A stretch of DNA of 64,000 bases from Laetmonice hystrix. Its lineage: Eukaryota. Every line of letters begins with the position of its first letter. Position 1 is the first letter of the stretch. Location: contig OZ249451.1 in NCBI GenBank assembly GCA_965235115.1, positions 11,160,001 through 11,224,000 of the forward strand, given 5' to 3'. Positions 14,367 to 25,768 of this stretch are shown in pieces. A program made the position numbers and the translations under genes. The notes under the pieces were generated by a model, which made no database searches, was not told the origin of the DNA, and was given only the letters and a program-made list of their open reading frames with translations.

Positions 14367-16682
14367 GGATCGCGAAGTGTTGCGAGCAGGACACGGCTAC
14401 ATATGACAGGTCAAATGTTCACACTGATCGGGTCTCAAATGTACCGCTACACAATCCATGGGCAAAAAGACCCAACATGAGCGACAAAGTACATTTTCCT
14501 GCTAAACACCTAAAAACCATCTCATGAATTAATCCCCCCCCCCCCACTCCCAGCGCTGCCAAGGTTTGCCGTTTGATGTTGCTGCTCCCCCATCACATCC
14601 TACCTCCTCCGGGCTAATCTAAAGACTGTCGCAACCGTTTGGAATATGCCACGTGCTAATTAGGACATGCACAGGCTCAGTCTCGTGTCTTCATTGTCAT
14701 CCTGTTACAATATCTCATTAACACTGGGAGACTCTCTCTCTCAGCTACAGCTTAAAATACATCGGCAATCAGTGCCATGCCGGTAATCAAGCTACACAAG
14801 TCTGGTACCACATTAACAGCAGCTTACAGCACCGACTATAAATGTTGTCCTGTTAGTGCCATCATTTAGTGCCATTGTGCCATCAGTAACCAGTATTTTT
14901 ACCCTGTTTTGAGAGCAATCGCTAAAGACAGCCCATACCGCCCCCTCCTTCCCAAACAGTACCTTTTTATCCTGTAATAGCAGCAACAACACGTTCCATC
15001 TTCTTGCCAGATAACCCCTGATTCACAACTCAAATTATTCTGAGGACTCAAGCGATTGGTAATGGAGGGCCATGGGCCCTATTAGGCCGACTATGACTTT
15101 TCTTTTAATTGTTCAGATCACAAGTATATATTAGTGTAATTTATGTTGTTTACTAACCTGACGTAAAGGTAAATACACATTCTAGTAAAGACATGTTCTG
15201 TCAATAACAATTAACTGTCAAATATCTAATATTTACCTGCATGCAAATCATTTAAAAGATTCAAGGAGGGTGAATGTCACCTTAAGGGACGGAGTTGAGC
15301 TCATTTCTTGAGCTCCCAATCCCCCCCCCCCCCCCGCCCCGCCCGCAATCATGCCATAACAGCTCTGGCAGTGGATTCCAGACCCCCCCCCCCCCCCCTC
15401 CCTACAGTATTTTACTTCAAAAAAGATAGCTAAACTTTGGTTCTGAATACCCCCCGGTTATATGTAGCCTGAACGCCTCCCTGTACTTGCCGCAGCACTG
15501 CTGTCAAAAGCTGCTATAGGCAAGGTGGATCTCGCTGGATCCTAGACGTGGTAATTTTCACGCACTACATACCCCGCCGCGCCCACCCATGCACCCACCC
15601 TACGTCCTCCATCATACGGTTGAGCTACAGCACCACGGCAGACAGTCCCGGCCCGTCGGCCTCATTGAACCGGTCGGCACAGCCCAAAGATACCGTGGCT
15701 ATTTCGGATTCACAGCCTCCCCCAGTCCATGCAAAATGCCCAATAACTCCACCATTGCTACAATCAATGCATGCCTGATAGCTTAGCTACTGCCACAAAA
15801 CGCTCCGAGTGTGAACCAATGACCGCGACAAGTAATTCCCTGAAAGATTACCACTATACTTCAGTTCTACAAAACTGTATGTGACCCAACTGCTACAATC
15901 TATACCCAGTAACTCAACTCCAAACTACCCGTAATTTAAAAGTAGCCATATGTTTGGAAAGAACTTTGACCTAAATACTTGAGCGAGAGAAAATTATATT
16001 AATTCCCACATCACCTCTTCTTGGTGCCATATAATTCATATTCACTCAAAGTGCTGTGAACTTTGGCCTAAGTCTAAATCTAAAAATGACCGTGCATGTA
16101 CTTGTCGCTTAGTATTATTGATCCTTATCAATATCATTCAAGCACATTTTATTCGTATAAGTATATTGTAACTAAACTTTTGCGATATAAATATATCAAC
16201 TATAAATGCGTAAAAGAAATCGACGTAACACTTCTTTCGGTAGAACTCCGGGTTACACAAAATAAAGCAACACTGTGAAGGGAACAACTACCTAACAACA
16301 AGCTGGTCAGCACCAGCTAAGTGTAATAAAAACGAAACTCACTAAGGAAATGGAACCCTTTGGAAAGACTGATGAAGGGTAATAATGTTCATGGCTAACC
16401 TTGACGGAAGACACTACCCCAACAATGAGACTAAAAACTACTTAACAATTCGCCGACCATAAGCCATAACTTCGGGTCTTAGTCTTTTAACAGTCTCTAC
16501 GACCTAATATAAATTTACCTGCATTGACTGAGTGAAATAAGTAAATTCGTCTGGCCGTACCTAGCCTTTAGGTCAAGCAACCTTATATCTTTATTATACG
16601 ATAGTGAGAAGTCTTATTGCTCAGCTGGGAGACCGCAGACGGGAGGGGGGAGGGGAGCACTTTCTTCTTAAAATGTTATTGA

Positions 16683-16957
16683 CATCTCAGGCTGGGTTTC
16701 CATGGAGGTCACGTTTTCACGTGTCACGCTTCACTTTCTTGACGGTTTCCAAGTTCACGTTGACGTTTCACGTCAGAGAAAACGAACAAGCTCATTCATT
16801 GATTCACGCGTGACTCGTGACATGAGGGTGAAGAGTGACACGTGAACGCCTATGGAACCTGTGCTTTGAAAATGACTTGTACATTCTTCTATTCACGCGT
16901 GGACCGTGAGCCGTGACACGTGAAGCGTGAGCTCCTATGGAAACCCACCCTGAGATG
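16683..16957. mobile_element. MITE with ~21-bp TIRs and many tcacg/cacgtg subrepeats
   Basis: catctcaggctgggtttccat ... atggaaacccaccctgagatg. Confidence 0.75.
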
Positions 16958-19783
16958 CATTATGTGACAAACGCACATGTACATGTAAACGCCAGGTAAT
17001 TTTCTAAAGAAAACCTTTTACCTGTATGTACCATCTTAAGTATCAGATCGAAAGAAACGAGGTCATTTTCTTTTTATCTTTTTCCACAAAGTAAACTGTC
17101 CCGATATATTACCTACTTATTACATGTAATTTGAAAATAAAGAGAGTGGTGGTGGTGGTTGGGAGGAGGGGGGGGGGCAGAAAGACGACCTGTGGAATGG
17201 GACGTCAGTTGGTCTATTGCTTTTGGCTTTTTCCCCCATCTAAAAATGATCTTAGCTGCGACTATGTTGTAGAGAACATGTTTTTTTGGTTTGAAACAGG
17301 AACTGGACTGGATATTTTCTTGGGAATGCTTGAGAATGGGGTTGGGATGGGGATTAGGACCTGGGTCAGAACAATAACGGTTGTGTTGGATCAGGAACGG
17401 GGGGGGGGGCGGTGGTGGGAAGGAACTTCACAACAACTTCCTGTATGGATCTCTTCACAAGTAAATTGTAAGCAAGGTTTAACCAAAACTATTTATTGTA
17501 AATCTACAATCCAATAAAACAAAAATACTTGTTTAAGCAAAGACATTTATTAGAAGCCTAACTGAAAGCTAGCATGGTGGAAAAATCTGTGTCCACTATT
17601 TGTTGGGTTCTATCTCTTAGGACAGTCCTACACCTGAAACGCCTGTAGCTGTGTGCCTGGTGCTACTTCAAAGCTAACAGTCTCACGTAGTTCAGCATGA
17701 AACCCATTCTTTGAAAGTTTTTGGTCATCTCCACTTTTGGTATCTGGCAGTGATGTTTTTTGCACGATTGCAACACCTTTTCTTTGCATAATAAGAGGGG
17801 ACCTTTTGGGTTTTGCACAGATCCCTATTAAGCAATTACTTGCCCTAGATGTCGAGGGGCAGTAATATGCTTTGAGCATGAACTTGGATGACCGTTGTAA
17901 TTGTTATTGGATAGTGATGTCCCTACCCTTCAGCAACCTAAGTGCATGGTGACCATCTTGGGTATACTAAACAGTTTACTTGCTGTAACTGTTGACCCTT
18001 GGAACCCTTGGTCTTTATACCGTATCAATGATAGAGTGTGGCTACATTAAATGGCAACCGATGTCTTTTGGTGCACAGTATTTTGGAAGCATTTCTTTCA
18101 CCTCTGATGCCCTCTGAACCTTTAGTACACAACAGCCCCTTAAAAAACTGGCGTTTCTCTTGAACATCATCACGAGTATTATAGGTTTAAGTGTCATTAA
18201 CTGCAGAAAAGTCAAAGTTCTTTTCAACATTTTTTCCGTAGTGCCCAGACAGTTTAGTGGCCATAAGAACATGCCAAAGCAGGACTTACAAGCCAGACAC
18301 GTCTTTCATTGCATGTCACTATGGTATAAGAATTATAATGTAATACATACAGGGGAAATGTAAGATCATGGCACGATTTTCACAGTTCCAAATTCATGCA
18401 TGAAAAAAAGAAAACATTCATTCTGTTCTAGTACATGTGCGTTTTAAGATGAATGAAAATGAAACCAAATAATCCACAGTTGCCTCTCACAATCGTTCAT
18501 CCACTCATCAAGTGTCCACAGAAAATATCAATTGCCGCGTTACTTCCAAAATAATAGATTTTTTTTTTGGTATGCACTCTCTACACACAAGTGTAAAATT
18601 CTCCCAACAATTTCATTACAAAAATATAAAGTCAGTCTCCAAAATAAGTGCTCTCGTAAAATGTAAAATCTCTGTATGCAGTATTTTTTTGGCTCCCCCC
18701 TGCTCATTCTTCCCATGACCAAAATGTCTTACACTCACACCCCGACAATTCTTCATCCAAGCCAATCACACCCAAGTCACAGCACTACTATTTTCCTTGT
18801 ACTTTCTCCATCTCAACCGCACATTACACAGAAATGTACACTATTTACATCGGGTGGTCCTCCGATCTGGACACGAAGCACCTGTAGATCACCACAAGGA
18901 GCGCGACATACATTAGGAGGGGCTTGGATTGACCTTTGACCCAGCACTGGCTGCTGCGGATGCAGCCCCAGGCAGGCAGGCATTCGCTCCGTGGATCTGG
19001 CTCGCTTGGTCTACAAAGCGCCACCATGCTGCTGTCGCATACATTAGCACAGGCAAGCCAACGTCACTTGTAATATCATTAGCATGGCCATTCACAGGCT
19101 GCACTTCTCCACAGATATTTAATTAAAACATTGTCAAGTCAATGGAGGAATTGTGATAATCACACATCAACAATACACAATAACTGAAATTTAAATAACT
19201 TTTGACAAACATGGGGATTCTAAATATCCAAACTTTACAAGCAATCAGTTAATGTCAGTGAACAAAACTAAACTGGCATTTCTTTTAACAATATGTTGTC
19301 TGCTTTTCCCTTTCAAAATCATATAACTTCCATTAGACGTAAAAATGTAGGCCGATTGTTCTTCACATAAAGTCTACTCTTCCATTATGGAGGTATATCG
19401 CTGCTCACGTAGCTGTAAATGGCCATGGTTGATGGTCTTACCCTAAACAACGACAGCGAGCAACCCACAGCGAACGCTGCAGTGCGGGCAGCTGGTGGCA
19501 GCCGCCCGCCGCGCCCCCTCCTGCCATGTTTACATTTGGATCCTACCATCGCTCTCAGCTGGCACACAACCTACCACCCCTCACAGGACACACATAATGG
19601 TATCGCTCACAGCCACCCCTTTCCAACATCTCCGGTCGACGTCGGGATCTTCCCGCTGGGCCAGCCTGGATACCGCAACACACTTGTAAAACTACAAGTC
19701 AACATATATTTCTTTCCATGCACACAGGTCACAGCCTTTCACAAGACCCTCTTTCATCCCTAAATAACACCTCAACATAATTT

Positions 19784-20752
19784 TCACGGCTCTCCCTCGT
19801 TTGCTGGATGTGTTGAAATCGAATGTTCAGATCGCAAGCGTTCGTTTTCCTTGCGCAAGCGATCATTCTCTGCCTGAAGTTGACGGATTTTTTCCTCGAG
19901 TTTGGCAGTGTCTGAATCCTTGGGATTAAGTGACACCGATAGTTTATTATCATTCACGATGATAACATTCACAGAGTCCTCTGCTGGTAGTTCAATGTTG
20001 CTGTTTGACGAATTTATACGACTTTTGTCATTCTCAGCCGAGCCTACGGATAATCGGCTTTTCTCCATCGTCTCCACTTTGGACTCCAGTTCTAAATATT
20101 CGCGCACAAGTTCGTCTTTACTCATCGTTTGTAGCCTCTCCGCGTGATAGTTTTCATAAGCTTCGGTGAACTCCTTCTCAAGAAATATCTCTTCGTCGTC
20201 AGGTGAGCTGTAATATTCCTCTGACGACCCATCCATGCTGCCCGACCCCCCGGCCGAACCTTCCCCGGTTTCGGATTTGTTGAGGCGGGGTTTGCTGTCT
20301 TCCAGATTAAATTCCAAGGCGTCTGCAGTTTGATGCTGTTCCATCAGGAACTGTGTTGTGTTGTAAGGCGCCATGGGTTGCCCCGATGCAAAACGTTCCT
20401 CCCTCCGCTGGCAGGCTCTCCTCGTCTCTCGCTCCTCTAATTCCTTTCGTTCGTCCCAGGTCATTTTCGTGTACGGCTTCCAGTGTCGATGCCGTTTGCC
20501 CCCCTTGTTTTTACCGCGGCGATGCTTCTTCCGTCGCCCGTTGACATCGTTGCTACCGCTCTGACTACGAGCGCGCTCCGCCCGTGTGTTTCTCTCGCTG
20601 GGCGGGCTTCCCTCCACCACTAACATCGGCGCTAACCCTGGCACTGTCTTCGACTGCTCCTGCGGGCTGCGCTCAGTTTCCGTCCGTTCGTCATCTCCCA
20701 ATGCCCCGTCAGGAATTATTTGTTGGGCTGGCAAACTGACATCGACATCCAT
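19784..20752 (-). CDS. HEXIM1: HEXIM (7SK/P-TEFb inhibitor), single coding exon, ~322 aa from the first in-frame ATG
   Basis: Basic arginine-rich motif KKHRRGKNKGGKRHRHWKPY, the PYNT motif (MAPYNTTQFLM), acidic FLEKEFTEAYE...LQTMSKDELVREYLELE and a C-terminal coiled coil. The ORF-track start at 20797 is a GTG; the first in-frame ATG is at 20752. Confidence 0.95.
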   Translation of the reverse strand: MDVDVSLPAQQIIPDGALGDDERTETERSPQEQSKTVPGLAPMLVVEGSPPSERNTRAERARSQSGSNDVNGRRKKHRRGKNKGGKRHRHWKPYTKMTWDERKELEERETRRACQRREERFASGQPMAPYNTTQFLMEQHQTADALEFNLEDSKPRLNKSETGEGSAGGSGSMDGSSEEYYSSPDDEEIFLEKEFTEAYENYHAERLQTMSKDELVREYLELESKVETMEKSRLSVGSAENDKSRINSSNSNIELPAEDSVNVIIVNDNKLSVSLNPKDSDTAKLEEKIRQLQAENDRLRKENERLRSEHSISTHPANEGEP

Positions 20753-21761
20753 TTGGAAAACTTTGTAAGTGGTGTTCGTATGCCTCAGTACGTTCACTGT
20801 CCGTCATTGCTTGTTCGACTGTGGCTGACCATGGCCACCCAGCCTATATATAGGTGCGTTTTCAAACATATCCGTCCGCAGAAAAGTAGTTCTCGATGCC
20901 GGACAGTAACAGCTGTATGGGCAATCTAACGATGTCATCAATGTCTGGCACTGATGTCTTACACGACGAAGTCACACATTTCACTCAACAACTTCTATTC
21001 TGTTTCATGTACGTGCAGGACGGAGACAGGATGCGATTACAAACCTTGGCGTAGCACATTAGTGCGTATAGATTTGAGAAGGAAAGTAGGGCAAAATGAC
21101 CCCTGCGAAGATAGGACGGAAGCGCATGCCGGGAGGACATCTACCGGTGCTATGTAGAATTAGGGTTTGATATATATCTACGAGAACTGCCGAACCTGTT
21201 TCCGAGCGCTCTTATTTACTCAGATTTAATTAAAATAACATCGCTAGTGTATCGTCGTGGCTTTAAAGACGCCTACACGCACAAATTCACAAACTAGTAT
21301 TAGGGAACTTATTTTTATGCTGGGTAGCAACGAGAATGGGCCGCGCTTTTAATTAAAAAAAGTTCCCGCGCGAACTTCTCAGGCCTATGAAAAGTCATAG
21401 ACCTGAATATAAAATTATAATAGAGCTCTAGGCCTAATGTTATCAAGGACGTAGCTGCATGGCCTACCCTATTAGTATAATATGCATCAGCTTACCGATA
21501 TTTGAATGGAATACGGTAGACGTCTAAACATTAATTAAATGAAGTGGCCATATGGAATAGGCCTAGCCTATATAGGCCTATATGTCATTATGGAATGAAA
21601 ACGAAATTTATTAAATCTGGAATGTTTGCATGATGACAACATGGGAATGCGAAATATTTTTATTTTTATTATTAGGCCTATAGTCAGTCCTCTTGGCCCT
21701 TGGCCAAATTTCTGAGTTCACCATGCTGAACACCCACCCCAATCAAATTATTCCCCTAACC

Positions 21762-22044
21762 CAAGGGTGTATAGCCATGGGGGGGGGGGGGGGGTTCCGG
21801 GTTGCCTGGACCCCCCCCCCCAAAGAAAAGAAGATATTTAATTATATAACTAAATAAATGAATGACTATAGTAGTAATAGGGCCTATTAGGCCTATGGTT
21901 GCGCCCCCCATCTCAGTTGGAACACCCCCCCCCCCCAGGCTAACTCAGTTCTGCCTACACTCCTGTAACCCACCCACCCCCAGGCCCTCGATCCCTTGCC
22001 GAAATCCTATAGGCCTAGCTAGATCTATGCTGGATCCGCCCCTG
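21762..22044. mobile_element. Degenerate member of the CAGG-GCGGATCCAG G-tract MITE family
   Basis: Right end ctggatccgcccctg; left end decayed, followed by a poly-G / ggacccccc core like the copy at 63373. Confidence 0.55.
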
Positions 22045-22317
22045 TTCAAGTGGATCGATCTAAATCAAGGCCTATCAATGTTTACTTTTTTGTACCAAGT
22101 TTAAATAAAGATTTGTATCTTGTATCTATTAATTAGGCCTAATTGTCTGGCCCTAATTAGGCCTAAGATTGTTCCATTCTTTAGTAGCCTATAGACCTAA
22201 TTAGATCTAGGCCAAAGGCCTTATAGGGTATAGGCCTATAGCTAGGCCTATTATCATGTTATTTTTTTTTAATCGGAGTTGTATAGGCCTATTCCTGCAA
22301 AATTTTTCCGCCCTCAC

Positions 22318-22500
22318 TGTCCGGCCCCACACGGGTTCGATCCTTCGAGTTTGGCGTTGACCAGCGGCAGCCACCTGCTATAAACCCGGGCGTAGGTCAG
22401 CCTCGCGACCTCGACTGACCTCAGCCGACACTGGTCAGCCAGCCAGGTGGCTCGAACACAAATCGATGCCGTAATCACACTTGTGTCTCCTGCTGCTCTC
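22318..22500 (-). other. Putative non-coding first exon (5' leader) of HEXIM
   Basis: GC/CpG-rich block ending in the donor ACA|gtgagg (22317). A matching acceptor cttccgtcctatcttcgcag|GG at 21102 lies upstream of the HEXIM ATG. TSS not determined. Confidence 0.4.
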
Positions 22501-23262
22501 TCGCCCCTGTAGGTCTATAATTAACCCCCTATAGAGAGGGGCTAGCTACACACAGGCCTAGATCGCCTAGCTCAATGATCGAGGACCGCATAGATCACAA
22601 TGAGAGGGTTAACCTCCTCTGGTCTCGAGTCCCTTTGTCTATGTCCCCCCGGACGTATTCCTACGTGCATCTTGTCATGCAGTTTGATCTCAGCATTAAT
22701 ATGGAAGTATTTTAACTTTATAATTTCGTATTCTAATCCTTTCTGAGAGGAAGGGGCGTGCATCGCCGTCTGAGGGGAGCTCCACGATGTATAGATCTCT
22801 AGCTCTACATGCCAGGCCGAGATTTTTAGCATAGAAAGTCTACCTTTTTGGGGAGTGTCCATTTTGGCCGGGTAAATAAGAGAGTAGGGGGCCTACGAGT
22901 TTGACTAACCATAGACCTATGGACTAACTAACTAGGCTAATAGCTTCTGCCACACGGGTTGGGGGATATAGATCTACACATACACCGTGTAATAGGCATG
23001 TGTAGGGACGGTGGGTGTGTCTGGGTGGGGGGTATGGGGGGGCCTATTGGTCATCCGGAAAATTGCTCACATCATGCAGTAACTTTTGAACGGCACAATG
23101 AAAACCAGATAGGGCCTAGAGTCGTTATGTATCACTCGCAGACATTTTCCAAAGAGAAAGCTAATATCACCATTTAATTGCATCTGATATAATAATCCTC
23201 ATGCAGATCATTTGTAGATAACTCAAAATTACTGTAATTAACAACGAGAAGGCGAAGATTAA

Positions 23263-23315
23263 TGACTCGGGTCAATCGGGGGGGTGGGTCTCGCTATAAA
23301 TAGAAGCTGACGTAA
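23263..23315. promoter_or_regulatory. MEF2 + CRE + AP-1-like motif cluster upstream of HEXIM
   Basis: TGACTC at 23263-23268, GGGGTGGG, perfect MEF2 consensus CTATAAATAG at 23294-23303, TGACGTAA at 23308-23315. Confidence 0.4.
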
Positions 23316-25768
23316 TGCAGACACAAAGGCTCATGAGATCCAGGTCTTTACTGCATGGGTCAAGGACCCTTTTGTGGATCTGACGAAAGTTGGTGCTCCT
23401 CCCGGATAAATGCTGATAAATCCACAGACCGACCCAATAGGCCCGTATTGGCGTATAGCAAGAGGGTGACATGAGGCCCGCCCGCTCCCAGAGACCCCCT
23501 GGGGGGGAGTGGCATGAATTCTATTGTATTATTTTATTGTTTCTAAAGTTCAGCTGCCCAAACTCAGTTTTTCTCCCAGGCTCCCGATTCGTGAATACTT
23601 GTAATCTTTTCATTTCTAAACTATACATTTGCCACAGTTTCTAAATGGTCACCGCCACCTCGAACCGGATGGGGCACTTGTCCGAAGACTTTCAAATGGG
23701 TGACGAACCATCGCTGGTATTCGCGTATAGACCTATAGGTAGGCCTAATACCAGTTACGGTGTAAACGTATCCTAGCTTAGATCAATATACAGGATGGCA
23801 TTAGCAGTCAGTTACTTGAACGGCATGAACACGGACACCACAACCAAATTCTAACATGTTTTATTTCCCTAATACGTATCCTTAAGACACATGTGCAAGA
23901 AATGTAAGTACATGTATCACACAAGGAAGCACGGATCTACCAAGACATCACGGCTAAAAGAGCATTGGCTTGGGTAACGGGACTGATTGGGATGTTTTGA
24001 GGAGGGATTGCGCGAGGAAAGGCGGGTGTTTTAATGTTATTATATTACTTAGAAGCAAACGCAGCGATAAGACACAACATCTTGCATAGCTTACCAACGA
24101 TTCAAGTTTATTTTCCTCCTCGCTCCAATGCTTGGAATGCTGTTAATGGTTTCACTAACAACACAATGATATCGTGATCGACCTACAGAAACACGAACGT
24201 TATCAGGTTGTCATCACCTGTGCGAGTGGGTAAGGTCTAGATGAACGTGTAAACAAGACAACCCGATAGCAGAAAGATCACTTTGAACTACAGGATGACT
24301 TGAATATATTCGAAGTTCCCGTTCGACAAATCTAACATTGCTGCTGAAATGGTTACCAATTATTCCCTTTTCTTTAATTTTTCTGGATTGTTGATGGAAA
24401 TTTAATTCGTAGTTACAAAACACATGTAACAAATCACAATTGCGAGTACAGTAACAAAATGATGCACTGCTACCAACGCAAGGGGAAGTCAAACTACGCT
24501 TTTACAAAAAGCATTCACAAATTTATCGCAGCCCCCTGGCGACGGTAACTGATACTACATGGTCGTTAACTAGAAATGAAACAAAATGTGCCTTGATCTC
24601 CAACAGAAATGGGCGCTGTGAAAAAGATTTGCAGCGTTCCATCGCTCCATTTGATTCTAGCGTCTTGTTTCATTTTCTGTATGGGACAGACGATTTTTTT
24701 AATCCTTCACTAGTTCCCCTCCGTTTCCATGGTACCAGTACATCAACACATCCATTTCTACAACAGTACAAATATAATTATACATCTGTGCCTAATAAAG
24801 TTTGAACCGTTGTAATCCATTAAGCAAATTCATTCATGTTTGTATGTTAAAAATAGACACTATACATGCATGTTTTCTTAAGTTTCTCGTTATCACCTAT
24901 TTCATTTCTATCTACATTTGAGATAACAGCTGAGAATAAATTCCGTACAAATTTTCATGATACCCATTCAGTGTCATTCTTCATACAAAAGAACCAACTT
25001 TCACATTTTCCAAGACGAATATTCGGGTTTTAGAAAACAAATTCTTTGTATATAGACGGATAGACGTTCTGATGTCTGGTTTTCATTGCTATCTATTTCT
25101 GCAGGTAACACATCAGAAATCAGTAATATTCTGTGTGATTAAAACGAAGCCATTTAAGTCTCTTTTCACTAAAGTAAGATACTGATCAACAATAACCTTA
25201 GTTTAATTCCCAATAAAATAACACACCATCTTTCACAGGGCTGCAAAAGTCCTCTACAAAGGATCACTATTCTATCAATCATAACATATTTAATAATCGT
25301 ATTTTATGAAATATTACAAAACAGTTACGAGAAAGAGTTACCTTAGTATGATATCGTACTGTCATCTTTTAGAAAAGGGTGCCATTGTAATGTTACGCAT
25401 CACACACCAATACCAGCGTTGTGTACCTCTAGAGTTAGCTCTATATTCCGGTTATAATATCCATCTTAATCATCTAAACAATTTATGTGACCCTGACTAA
25501 CGTATCATAAATGGCATGAAGCCTAGTTCAGTGTCCGTACAGTGATTAAACATTGGGCCTCCCTTGGCCATTTTTTACCATGTTACAATTTTCTTGAACT
25601 GCTAAATTCTGGGCATCCGATAAGCCCACCTCTCACATGTTCTTCCCTAAACTAAATCACCCGTGACAAGTGGGAAAGCGTGGTTGTTCAAGCAGAGGCC
25701 AAGTATCCTGTGAGAGTTGACTTGCTGACTGGTTCACTGGGTCGGATGCTCTGGTGGTTTCGGCCATA

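Noticed and set aside
18845-19110. A canonical 7SK snRNA gene next to HEXIM
   Set aside because: GATC motifs are present, but there is no recognisable 5' GGA closing stem, 3' hairpin or oligo-T terminator; kept only as a 7SK-like hairpin hypothesis.
20753-20797. ORF-track N-terminus MNVLRH... of HEXIM
   Set aside because: Starts at GTG (prokaryotic-style call); the first in-frame ATG is at 20752.
22325-22350. tRNA or Pol III gene (GGTTCGATCC B-box)
   Set aside because: No A-box at suitable spacing, a poor T-stem and no cloverleaf.
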